A stretch of 64,000 bases of DNA from Thermoplasmatales archaeon (GTDB lineage: Archaea > Thermoplasmatota > Thermoplasmata > Thermoplasmatales > Thermoplasmataceae): the NCBI GenBank assembly GCA_027310185.1, contig DAIDBH010000011.1, positions 96,001 through 160,000 of the forward strand. Reading direction: 5' to 3'. Numbering within the stretch: the first letter of the stretch is position 1; every line of letters starts with the position of its first letter. The position numbers and the translations under genes were made by a program. The notes below the pieces were generated by a model. It was not told the DNA's origin and searched no databases. It was given only the letters and a program-made list of their open reading frames with translations. Positions 42,398 through 52,170 of this stretch are shown one piece after another.

Positions 42398-43288
42398 CTA
42401 ATTTATCAGTTCAAGGTATTTGCGCTCTATCTGGTTTGTTGGCTCGACCCACCTTATCTTCATGTTCTTTCCCTTGAAATAGTCGATCACGTCATCATTC
42501 GTCATATCATCTCCCCTCTGGATAGTGACTGTATAGCCCTGTTTATCAATCACTTTTATTGATGAAGAATCTAACGAGTCTGTAGTGAGCTGATCGTAAA
42601 ATGTTACATTCATCAGGTTGGTTTCTCTTTCATTCTTCATTTCCAGCAGTTTTGTTCCATGATTGATTATCACAACTTTATCTGCTATTTCTCTTGCTTC
42701 TGAAATCAGGTGTGTGCTGAGAATGACTGTTTTTCCTTCCTTCACGTTTATCTCCCTGATTATATCGATAAATTCCCTCATACCCCTTGGATCAAGGCCA
42801 AAGGTTGGTTCATCGAGGATAAGCAATTCAGGATCGAGAGCCATGGAACATGCAAGGGCCAGTCTCTGCTTCATTCCCCTCGAGTATGAACCGCTCTTCT
42901 TATTGATGAATTCATCCATTTTCAACAATGAAGAAAGTCTTTCGATCTCATCCTTTATCTTCTCTTTTGATGCACCCTTTACCTTGCATACAAAGTTCAG
43001 TATTTCAGTTCCATTGAGGTATGGATAAAACTCTGGAAGTTCCACAAGAGGACCTACCTTTTCCAGTGCCTTCATAGGATCGTCCTGTACATTTATCCCT
43101 GCAATCTTAATGAATCCCTTTGTAGGATGTATTATATTTGTGGAAAGTTTCAGTAATGTGCTCTTTCCAGCGCCATTGGGTCCAAGTAGGGCAACACATT
43201 CACCTTTTTCAACAATAAGGTTGAAATCCTGCAGAGCATAGAAATTTCCGTATTTTTTTGTAAGATGGCTTGCCTCCAGTTCTATCAT
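42398..43288 (-). CDS. ABC-2 exporter ATP-binding protein
   Basis: GPNGAGKS, YSRGMKQR, LDEPT and STH. Confidence 0.92.
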   Translation of the reverse strand: MIELEASHLTKKYGNFYALQDFNLIVEKGECVALLGPNGAGKSTLLKLSTNIIHPTKGFIKIAGINVQDDPMKALEKVGPLVELPEFYPYLNGTEILNFVCKVKGASKEKIKDEIERLSSLLKMDEFINKKSGSYSRGMKQRLALACSMALDPELLILDEPTFGLDPRGMREFIDIIREINVKEGKTVILSTHLISEAREIADKVVIINHGTKLLEMKNERETNLMNVTFYDQLTTDSLDSSSIKVIDKQGYTVTIQRGDDMTNDDVIDYFKGKNMKIRWVEPTNQIERKYLELIN

Positions 43289-44124
43289 TATTTCACCTCC
43301 TTTCTTTCAAATAACATCAAAGTAATTCCAAAACTTACTATGGCGTATAGGGCCAGTATAAGGGAATTCGAAATGATTTCACCTGTGGATGCTGATAAAC
43401 TGGATGGAACAGTTGTTGTAATACCAAAGGAAAAATTAAGGAACACTCTGTAAACAATGGTTTCTGCCTCATTAAGCAGATAATATGGTGTTACTTTATA
43501 GAGCAATTCTATTATTATGGTTCCTGCATTGAAGATTAGCAGATATATCAGGAGCACTGATATGTATGCGTAGGTATTCTTGTTGAATATACTGCTTATC
43601 AGGAAAGTTACACCTGATATGGAGAAGATGAATAGGATAGTTAGAAGAAAGCTGTAGAGGAACTGTATAATAACAATGCCATATATGTACTGGAATGTGG
43701 CAATCTCAATAATGGTGAATGTCACAACGATCAGGGAAGTAACTGTAACTGCTGCTAGATACTTTCCCGTCAGTAAAATGGATCTGGGTATTGGCAGGGT
43801 GAAGATGTGAAACGCTGTCTTATTCTCAATTTCGCTTGATATGGCTGGTGAGCCAAAAAATACTGACGCAAAAACAGGAAGTAATGAAAGGATGAACGTC
43901 CAGAGGTATGCAAGTATCAGTTCATCTGAGTGTGGCCCTATAATTTTAAGTCCTGCCCTGGATGCAAATGATGACAGGCTTGACTGGTACCTGAAGGAAA
44001 GATAAATCAGAAGGATTGAAACGAGAATGGCCATGAGAAACATCAAATAGAAACTCTTTGACCGGTAGTAATTCCTGAAATAATACACATAAGTATTTTT
44101 AAAAAGGGAGAGTCTTCTCAACAT
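43288..44124 (-). CDS. ABC-2 exporter permease
   Basis: ISSEIENKT...LPIPRSILLTGKYLA; about 6 TMs; FERKEV end. Confidence 0.88.
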   Translation of the reverse strand: MLRRLSLFKNTYVYYFRNYYRSKSFYLMFLMAILVSILLIYLSFRYQSSLSSFASRAGLKIIGPHSDELILAYLWTFILSLLPVFASVFFGSPAISSEIENKTAFHIFTLPIPRSILLTGKYLAAVTVTSLIVVTFTIIEIATFQYIYGIVIIQFLYSFLLTILFIFSISGVTFLISSIFNKNTYAYISVLLIYLLIFNAGTIIIELLYKVTPYYLLNEAETIVYRVFLNFSFGITTTVPSSLSASTGEIISNSLILALYAIVSFGITLMLFERKEVK

Positions 44125-44177
44125 AATATGTAATGTCCAAAAGATATTTAAGAAAATACATTAAAAATTTTTAAAAA

Positions 44178-45056
44178 TTAAAATTTGGTGGTTGCAGTCT
44201 CATTCAATATTTCACTGAGCACATACCTGTAATTGGCAAAACCCACGTGGAATTCTGCACTGTAAACTCCATTATTGTAACTGTTGGCAACTGTAAGTTT
44301 AAGATTAGTAAACAATTCAGTTATAAGGGAAATGTTCTTATACAATGATTGACCAACCCCAGTCATTGTAATGTTTGTGAATTTTGCTGAAACGTTTCCA
44401 AAGATAGTCACTCCTTTGAACATATTAGAATATACACTTATACCTGAAGAATTAGAAATCGGAAGTGTTTTTGAATAATCCAGGGCTGAAAGATTCACGT
44501 AAAATGAAATTCCTTCTCCCTTCATTGAAAGGAATGACTGATGCACCTTGAGATACTTCCCGGTATGGTTTGCATTAATTGACATCTTTACACCAGAGAG
44601 ATTTGAAAGTACAACAAAGGAACTTCCTATTGGAGCTATATACAGGGAACCTGTAATATTACCTGGCAGGCTACCAGCGGCTGAAAGATTTACCGTGTTT
44701 GATATGGACAGATTGGAGATTTTGTATATACTATAACTTTCGTATGTGGTATAATACTTTATTGACACATTACTTCCCTTTACTGTGTTCGAAGTTGTGT
44801 TAGATGAATTTCTCGCAGTGTTTTCAAATGCTGTAAGATTGTAATTTAGCAGTACACCTGCTGTAGTGTTTGATGCATACACTATGAAATTGGTATTGTT
44901 CACCTTATAGTCAACAACTGCAGAAACGCCCTCTGGTATAAAATGAGTCATCTGTGGAGATGATGAGGATAAATAACTGTAAGCAACGTATGATGTAGGA
45001 GCTGCAACGCCAACTACTATAACAGCTATTATAATAATCTTAACTATTGCTATCAT
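44178..45056 (-). CDS. Membrane-anchored Asn/Ser/Thr-rich surface protein
   Basis: N-terminal hydrophobic anchor; many N-glycosylation sequons. Confidence 0.7.
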   Translation of the reverse strand: MIAIVKIIIIAVIVVGVAAPTSYVAYSYLSSSSPQMTHFIPEGVSAVVDYKVNNTNFIVYASNTTAGVLLNYNLTAFENTARNSSNTTSNTVKGSNVSIKYYTTYESYSIYKISNLSISNTVNLSAAGSLPGNITGSLYIAPIGSSFVVLSNLSGVKMSINANHTGKYLKVHQSFLSMKGEGISFYVNLSALDYSKTLPISNSSGISVYSNMFKGVTIFGNVSAKFTNITMTGVGQSLYKNISLITELFTNLKLTVANSYNNGVYSAEFHVGFANYRYVLSEILNETATTKF

Positions 45057-45212
45057 AACAAAATAATCGAATGTGTCTATTAATAGTTATCTAAAAATTT
45101 CCAGTATAAAATTAACATTGTAAAATGAGGACTCCCTTTTGAGAAACATATTATACATTTGATAACATTCAGTTACTGATTTTGTGTTCTGTTATTAGCA
45201 AATAGGACAGAA

Positions 45213-45286
45213 GTCCGAGTGGGGTAATTTGGATATCCTAGGGGCCTGCGGAGCCCTTGATCCGGGTTCGAATCCCGGCTCGGGCG
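45213..45286 (+). tRNA. tRNA-Arg(GCG)
   Basis: Acceptor GTCCGAG/CTCGGGC, anticodon arm GGGGC-CT-GCG-GA-GCCCT, CCGGGTTCGAATCCCGG. Confidence 0.92.
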
Positions 45287-45588
45287 CTTAACTAAATGCC
45301 AAACACTACGAAAAAAAGGACACTCTTGATGGTAATTTATACGCTCTATGATGGCTTTCCAGTAGAAGGATAGGGGTTTCTAATATTCCAATTATAGTTA
45401 TCGCCTTACGGTTAATATTTATAAAAGTGACCAGACATCGGACTATTTTTTGAACTGTAATAATTGGGGAAATAGCGCATTATGACTGACATACGATCTA
45501 AACCTGTCCCATATGCCGATTTGCCTCCAATTCATATTAAATTGTCCATATTTTCATCCAGTTATCTTTGTGATATTTCCAGATTTAA

Positions 45589-46578
45589 TCAAAGGATCGA
45601 AATATGGAGGAAGATATGAAACATATATGCAACAGCGAAAGATGCAGCCGCTGCCAGGAGAGCGAGTAATGCAGCCTTGAGCGCTTCCCCGAATACGGCT
45701 ATGTTCATGGTAAGTGCCACGATGGAGTTGGAAAAGCCCTGGACTAAAAATACTAGAACAGCCGATACAACAAGAGCATAATAAGGTGGCAGGATTATGT
45801 AAGGTATTATGGGTATGGCAGCACCTATTATATAGAAAAAACCGACATTTCTTGCAGATGTTGTGGAACTTTTATTTATAGATTTAATTTCCTGTAAATT
45901 ATCAGATTGATTCCCGGGTATAGCACGACGTTTTACCATCGAAATCCTGTACTTTGATTCGGAGTCAGCAGAAAGGTATGCTCCAATACTCATACTGATT
46001 GCCCCGCTTATTGCGACTACTAGGCCGCCAAGGGCTATGTAAAAATGATCCGTTATCAGTGCGGTTAATCCTGCGAGTGCCGCTAGAACTTCTACAAGCC
46101 CATCACTCATCCCAAGGACAATGTCTCTGTTCCGTGAAACAAGTATCTCGCTTTCCTCAAATGAATAACTGAAGATATCCTCATGCTTAATTTCGTCTTC
46201 GATTATTCCTTCAATGTCAGTCTCTAATCCTTTGTTGTCATGGAAGGCTTCAGCAAACGACCTGTATTTTGCCACTGCCTCTGCTTCACCATGTTCCATT
46301 AACTTTACAGTAATTCCAGACCCAAGAAAAATATGAAATATTAAAAACATGCGGATTTTGAGCCTCTTTGGCTTAATATGGACCGTAGAAATTCCATTAC
46401 GCTCGAGGAAATCTTTCCAGAATTTTGAATGCTTTTCTTCAACAGAAGAAAGCCTAAAAAGTTCCTTACTTAAACGATCATCGGAAACGCGTTCAGAGAG
46501 TTTCCTGTAGAATTCCATGTCAGTGAGTTCATCCCTGTAGAATGTCCTGATCTTCGCAAGTTGCTTGGAAATCTCCAC
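45589..46578 (-). CDS. Ferritin-like (rubrerythrin) domain fused to VIT1/CCC1 transporter (MbfA-like)
   Basis: E..FY, EEKH and EIKHE di-iron motifs; DIVLGMSDGL and SMSIGAYLS VIT1 motifs. Confidence 0.87.
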   Translation of the reverse strand: MEISKQLAKIRTFYRDELTDMEFYRKLSERVSDDRLSKELFRLSSVEEKHSKFWKDFLERNGISTVHIKPKRLKIRMFLIFHIFLGSGITVKLMEHGEAEAVAKYRSFAEAFHDNKGLETDIEGIIEDEIKHEDIFSYSFEESEILVSRNRDIVLGMSDGLVEVLAALAGLTALITDHFYIALGGLVVAISGAISMSIGAYLSADSESKYRISMVKRRAIPGNQSDNLQEIKSINKSSTTSARNVGFFYIIGAAIPIIPYIILPPYYALVVSAVLVFLVQGFSNSIVALTMNIAVFGEALKAALLALLAAAASFAVAYMFHIFLHISIL

Positions 46579-46741
46579 CTAAAGCTATAATGTTCAATAT
46601 AATAAAGTTAGAGCCACTCTTTTACTTGATTGGAATTACCACCACTCTTTGGAGTAAATAATACCTGTAAGATTGCCATATTATGCTTTAATATGGTAAC
46701 AATGGTTACCTGCATGATCAAGCATGGGCCCAGTAATAAAG

Positions 46742-47300
46742 CTGAGATTCAGGGATGGAAATGGAAACAGGGGTTTCGAAATAATTAAGAAAAAACATGA
46801 AAAAAGTTGCCATATCAACGAATCATGAGTGCAGAGCAGTCAAAAAGTGAAGAAGACATGGTCACAGAAAGGAAAACATGGATCGTATCTTAACAACATC
46901 AGCTGAAACACCCAAGGGAAATTTATATTTAATGACAAAAGAGGGATGCATGGACAGGGATGATTTAATCGGTTTCCCGGATCAGCTCCTTTCTGAAGTA
47001 CATTGATTCCTTCACACCTTCTGGAATAATAGAACAATACGCATGAGAAGGTTTGTGAAACAAAACTTTGAAACAAACAATGAGAGGTTGATTACAGGGA
47101 GAATTCCAACATATTCTCCTGAACTTAATCCTGATGTATATATGTGGAAAGTACTGAAATATCTGGAACTTCAAAATTTCTGCCCGATGGGTATGCTCGA
47201 TCTAGGACATAAGGTCATTTGTAATGAACAAACTGAAAAGAATGATCAATGGATCTAGCCATCCTCTACCGCTATTGTGAAGAACAACTGGGGAAAAATA
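46742..47300 (+). mobile_element. Decayed IS630-family transposase (pseudogene)
   Basis: Across stops and frameshifts: INES*, KTWSQKGK, GNLYL, FWNN and PTYSPELNPDVYMWKVLKY..LQNFCP. Ends approximate; no TIRs recognised. Confidence 0.82.
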
Positions 47301-47579
47301 GAATGGCTTTAAAATTCGAACCATTTTCTAATAATGATGTGGATACAGTAGATTGATATTTATTTTTGAAGTGAATTTTTTTTAAATCATCTTCATACAT
47401 TTTTGATCTGACCTTTTTGTGGCTTAATCAGAACCATATAAAAGTAATATAACTGAAATTTAGTTACAATTTTGTTCATCCTAAGTATATTAATTATCAT
47501 CAAATTCTCATTAAATTCTTAAATAGTTTGTTGAAATCAGTGAAATGCCTGAAATAAATCCATCACCAATTCAAGTTTA

Positions 47580-47644
47580 TTTACTCAGGCGCTAAGGTGT
47601 CTCGACCTTGCGGGAGTGTCTCGACTCCATGGGTGTAAAGTAAA
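47580..47644 (+). promoter_or_regulatory. Structured leader: two hairpins with identical GTCTCG loops inside an outer stem
   Basis: AAGGT-GTCTCG-ACCTT (47594-47609) and GGAGT-GTCTCG-ACTCC (47613-47628); TTTACT/AGTAAA ends pair. Confidence 0.6.
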
Positions 47645-49093
47645 ATGGTTGAAAAAAAGACTCTGATACTGATTAGCGTGTTCATCGGGATGTTGATGTC
47701 TGCAATTGATACTACCATTGTCATTCTGGCATTGCCAACACTCACGGACCAATTGAAAGCTCCTTTCCTTGATACAATCTGGGTTATACTGATTTATCTT
47801 CTTGTGCTGGCAGCCCTCACGACGCAGCTTGGCAGGCTTGGCGATATATATGGTAGAGGAAGAATTTTCAACATCGGCTTCCTCATATTCATAATCGGTT
47901 CTGCTGCTTCAGGAGCATCCCCGAATGTGTTCTTCCTTATAGGATCAAGAGCGTTCCAGGGGCTGGGTGCCGTATTGTTGCAGGGAAATAGCAATGCAAT
48001 TATTGCAGATCACTTTGAGCCCATGGAGAGGGGGAAAGCTTTTGGATACACATCCATGGGATGGAGCATAGGCGGATCACTGGGAATAGTCCTGGGTGGA
48101 ATAATCACCACATTCATCGGATGGAGATACATATTCTACATCAACGTCCCGGTCGGACTGATCGGATTTCTTTTTGCATTTATGTATATCAAGGATAACA
48201 AGAGGAAGGAGACTAAAATTGATTATGCAGGTACCATTCTCCTTGTAACTTTCCTATCCCTGATAGCATACGGTGCTGTTGAAATAGCAGGAAGTGGGGT
48301 AACTTTCATAAATATATTGCTTGTGTTGATCGGTATAATACTGATCGTGCCATTCATTCTTGTTGAAAGATACGTCAAAGATCCAGTAATAGTTTTAAAA
48401 GCCTTCAGGAACAGGGTATTATCCTTCTCCCTTCTGGCAGCAACTCTGCAGGCAGTTGGATATCTCTCAGTACTCTTCATCCTTATAATGTATTTGCAGG
48501 GAATTAGGGGATTCGATCCACTTGATGCTGCTCTTCTACTGATACCGGGTTATATTATATCAAGCCTTCTTGCACCAAAGATGGGGAAGCTTTCTGACAG
48601 GATCGGTCCGAGAACTGTTTCTGCAACGGGAATATTCCTCATGGCTGGTGGTGTTCTTGTATACCTTGCGATGGGAATAAACACCTCCCTTTACCTGGTG
48701 ATCATTGGTTCAATCGTAACCGGATTTGGAGGTTCAATGTTCTGGCCTTCGAATAATGCTGCTGTGATGTCTGGGGCACCGAGAGAACTATATGGTTCCA
48801 TTTCCGGCCTGTTAAGGACCCTTTCCAACATCGGCACACTTTTCAGCTATGTAATTGCCATTTCCATATCTGCCCTGGCTGTTCCGCGTTATGTAGCATT
48901 TGAGATCTTTCTCGGGAAGGCCAAACTGGTTGGTGGTGTATCTGTTTCATTTCTTGGAGGAGTTCATGCTGCACTCTTAGCGAGTTTTGTCATTCTCATT
49001 GCTGCAGGCCTGTCCGCACTGGTCAGGGGGAAGAAGCAGAAGGTGGATAACACAGTAAAAGAAATATGGGCATCACCGGATGGGAAGAAATAA
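47645..49093 (+). CDS. MFS transporter, DHA2 (EmrB/QacA) family
   Basis: IDTTIVILALP, GRLGDIYGR, RAFQGLG and WRYIFYINVPVG; 14-TM type. Confidence 0.92.
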   Translation: MVEKKTLILISVFIGMLMSAIDTTIVILALPTLTDQLKAPFLDTIWVILIYLLVLAALTTQLGRLGDIYGRGRIFNIGFLIFIIGSAASGASPNVFFLIGSRAFQGLGAVLLQGNSNAIIADHFEPMERGKAFGYTSMGWSIGGSLGIVLGGIITTFIGWRYIFYINVPVGLIGFLFAFMYIKDNKRKETKIDYAGTILLVTFLSLIAYGAVEIAGSGVTFINILLVLIGIILIVPFILVERYVKDPVIVLKAFRNRVLSFSLLAATLQAVGYLSVLFILIMYLQGIRGFDPLDAALLLIPGYIISSLLAPKMGKLSDRIGPRTVSATGIFLMAGGVLVYLAMGINTSLYLVIIGSIVTGFGGSMFWPSNNAAVMSGAPRELYGSISGLLRTLSNIGTLFSYVIAISISALAVPRYVAFEIFLGKAKLVGGVSVSFLGGVHAALLASFVILIAAGLSALVRGKKQKVDNTVKEIWASPDGKK

Positions 49094-49215
49094 CCGGCAT
49101 TAATTTACATGGGCACCTCGATTCATACATAATTTTATGTTATGAAGCAATATTCCTTCGCATAATTGTGTTATGAAGGGTGTAGTTTCTGACGAATAAG
49201 GTATATAGTCTCAAT

Positions 49216-50406
49216 GTGATGTTCCAGAGTCTTCTGTTCATATCAGTTGGAAATCTCATTGAAGCATCCTATTCTCCCCTGGACAAGATCATAAAGGATC
49301 ATTTCCTCATCGATTCCGCAATGGTTGGACTGCTGACCAGCATTATATTCATTGGTCTTGCAACTGTTTCCCCATTTGTTGGTTATTTTGTAGATCATCT
49401 TGGAAGCTTCAGGGCAATAAAGATCGCGTTCCTGGTAATGGCAATCGGCTCAACTCTTGCGACCCTTGCCCCGAATTTCTATGTTTTCGTTGCAGGTTTC
49501 TATGCCATAGGGCTGGGATACGGTCTTGTTACACCGGCAACAAATAATGCAGTGATGAAGACCTATTATCCTTATCATGCTACCCCCATGGGCATCAAGC
49601 AGTCAGGCGTACCCATAGGCGCATCTACTGCAGCAATACTCCTACCATTGATTTCCATCAGATATGGCTTTTTTGCCCCATTCATAATACTGGCTGTAAT
49701 AGCTTTCATCTTCTTCGTATTCATAAAAGGTGAAAAGCATGAGAATACAAATCCCATAGACTTCAAGGGTTATCTGAAGGAGATCAGGGGTGCATTTGGC
49801 AATGGACGATTCATTGCCATAAACGTTCTTGTTGCTGCAATGTCGTGGGGGCAGCAATCCCTGCTTACATATGCTGTTCTATTTACGAGCTCCATCGGAT
49901 TCAAGTTATTCACTGCGGAAATCCTCCTGGCAAGCATTCTCGTGGGTTCATTCATAGGCAGGATATTCTGGTCTTCCATGAGCAGCAGACTGTTTCCAAA
50001 CAGGAGGGTCCTGTCCCTGATCACTGTAATGCTCCTCTCATCACTGTTCTTCTTTATTTACTCTTTTCTAACATTAGATTTCTATCTGGCAATAGTAATG
50101 TCCTTCCTTCTCGGACTGACTGCCATTGGATGGAATGGCGTTTATATAACAGTGATATCGGAGATAGCACCGAAAGGAAAGATCGGTCTATACAGTGGCC
50201 TGGGCTTGCTGATAATTTCATTTGGAACAATCCTTGGTACTCCATTTTCCGGTTATATAAGCGATTACACCCATAATTATTCCACCATATGGCAAATTCT
50301 GGCAGTGGGTATTTTTGTTGTAAGTATCATCCTGTTCATTCTATCCAGAAAGATACTTGAAGGAAGGGAGAAACAGGAAAGCGAAATCACCACAGTAATG
50401 AAGTAG
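49216..50406 (+). CDS. MFS transporter
   Basis: GYFVDHLG, GIKQSGVPIG, GWNGVY and GYISD. Start uncertain (frame open from 49186). Confidence 0.87.
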   Translation: MMFQSLLFISVGNLIEASYSPLDKIIKDHFLIDSAMVGLLTSIIFIGLATVSPFVGYFVDHLGSFRAIKIAFLVMAIGSTLATLAPNFYVFVAGFYAIGLGYGLVTPATNNAVMKTYYPYHATPMGIKQSGVPIGASTAAILLPLISIRYGFFAPFIILAVIAFIFFVFIKGEKHENTNPIDFKGYLKEIRGAFGNGRFIAINVLVAAMSWGQQSLLTYAVLFTSSIGFKLFTAEILLASILVGSFIGRIFWSSMSSRLFPNRRVLSLITVMLLSSLFFFIYSFLTLDFYLAIVMSFLLGLTAIGWNGVYITVISEIAPKGKIGLYSGLGLLIISFGTILGTPFSGYISDYTHNYSTIWQILAVGIFVVSIILFILSRKILEGREKQESEITTVMK

Positions 50407-50493
50407 GTCACTTTATTATTTGCTCGAATTCACGCAGGCAATATATAGGCTGGGTACATTTATAATTTCATTAAGCATGTTTACAGGATAATC

Positions 50494-52092
50494 ATGGAAA
50501 ATATAATGGATATTGCAAGGAATCTTGGAATTGATCAGGAATACATAGAGAATTACGGAAAATACATGGCAAAGATCAGCCTGAAGGCACTGGATAAGGG
50601 GAACACAAATGGCAAGCTGATTCTCGTTACTGCAATGACACCTACAAAATATGGCGAAGGAAAGACAACAAATACAATAGGTCTCTCCCAGGCATTCAGG
50701 AAACTTGGAAAAAAGGTTTCGATCAGCATCAGGGAGCCTTCAATGGGACCCTGCTTCGGCGTTAAGGGAGGGGCAACAGGCGGTGGGAAATCAAAGGTTG
50801 AGCCATCAGATAAGATCAATCTTTTATTCACAGGAGATTTTCCTGCAATCACCGGCGCTCATAATCTTCTTTCATCAATGATACAGAGTCATATCTATCA
50901 TGGGAACCAGTTGAGGATTGATCCAGAAAAGATAACCTTTCCAAGGACAATAGACATGAATGACAGATCACTGAGGGACATGATCCTGAATGCGGGTGGA
51001 AGGGAGAATGGGCCGCTCACAAGAGACAGTTTCGTTATAACTCCAGCATCGGAAATAATGGCAATTATGGGATTCTCAATGGGGTATGATGATCTTGTAC
51101 GGAGGTTGTCGAAAATTCTTGTTGGTTACGACTTTGATGGAAAGCCAGTATATTCAGGAGATTTGAAGGCTGAAGGTGCAATGGCAGCAATCCTATCGGA
51201 CGCAATCAAGCCAAACCTTGTCCAGACAACGGAAGGTGTACCTGCTTTCATCCACACAGGACCATTCGGGAATATAGCCCATGGAACTTCAAGCATTCTT
51301 GCAGCGAAAATGGCACTGAACTACAGTGATTACGTTATAACAGAAGCAGGATTTGGCTCTGATCTTGGTGCAGAGAAATTTATCAACATGGTATCAAGAA
51401 TTGGAAATCTTGAGATATCTGCAGTTGTTATTGTGGCAACTATCAGGGCAATGAAGCTCCTGGGTGGAAGTGAGGATATGGATGGTATTTCTAAGGGTTT
51501 CATGAACCTGAAGCGTCACTATGATAATATCACAAACTTCGGGTTTCATCCTGTAGTTGCAATAAACAGGTTTGCCTCTGATACCGATGAGGAGATACAG
51601 TTCCTTGATGATCTCCTGAAAAAGAACGGCATGGATTACCAGCTATCTGAAGTCTTCACGAAGGGAGGTGATGGTGCTATTACCCTGGCTAAGAATGTAC
51701 TTGAGAAATGCGAGCAGAAGAACAGCGACATCAGGTATACCTATAATTTCAACGATACCATAAGAAGCAAGGTTGAGTCTATTGGTATGAATATTTATGG
51801 TGTGAAGGAGGTTGAATTTTCCAGGAAAGCGTTATCAGACATGAAGAGAATTGAAAAGAATGGATATGCTGGTCTTCCCATCTGCATGGCAAAAAGCCAG
51901 TATTCCCTGAGTGGTAATTCCCCTGGAAATGATGATAACATACTCAAGGTTACTTCAGCTTCAGTAAGTTCAGGTGCAGGGTTCATTGTTGTATATTCAG
52001 GTGACATAATGACCATGCCAGGGTTGCCAAAGGAACCTGCTGCATGCAACATCCACATTGATGGAGAAGGGAATATATACAACCTGGAATAG
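50494..52092 (+). CDS. fhs: Formate--tetrahydrofolate ligase
   Basis: TPTKYGEGKTT, GVKGGATGGG, HTGPFGNIAHG, TEAGFGSDLGAEKF and IMTMPGLP. Confidence 0.95.
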   Translation: MENIMDIARNLGIDQEYIENYGKYMAKISLKALDKGNTNGKLILVTAMTPTKYGEGKTTNTIGLSQAFRKLGKKVSISIREPSMGPCFGVKGGATGGGKSKVEPSDKINLLFTGDFPAITGAHNLLSSMIQSHIYHGNQLRIDPEKITFPRTIDMNDRSLRDMILNAGGRENGPLTRDSFVITPASEIMAIMGFSMGYDDLVRRLSKILVGYDFDGKPVYSGDLKAEGAMAAILSDAIKPNLVQTTEGVPAFIHTGPFGNIAHGTSSILAAKMALNYSDYVITEAGFGSDLGAEKFINMVSRIGNLEISAVVIVATIRAMKLLGGSEDMDGISKGFMNLKRHYDNITNFGFHPVVAINRFASDTDEEIQFLDDLLKKNGMDYQLSEVFTKGGDGAITLAKNVLEKCEQKNSDIRYTYNFNDTIRSKVESIGMNIYGVKEVEFSRKALSDMKRIEKNGYAGLPICMAKSQYSLSGNSPGNDDNILKVTSASVSSGAGFIVVYSGDIMTMPGLPKEPAACNIHIDGEGNIYNLE

Positions 52093-52170
52093 GTTATTTA
52101 TAGAATTCAAACTACATAAACCTATTTTTCACATCGATCATTTAAAAAACGTGTATGACGATGCAGGATA

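Noticed and set aside
47594-47628. Twin hairpin as a guanidine-II riboswitch, IRE or mini-CRISPR
   Set aside because: Loops are GUCUCG, not ACGR or CAGUGH; only two 10-nt repeats and no cas genes.
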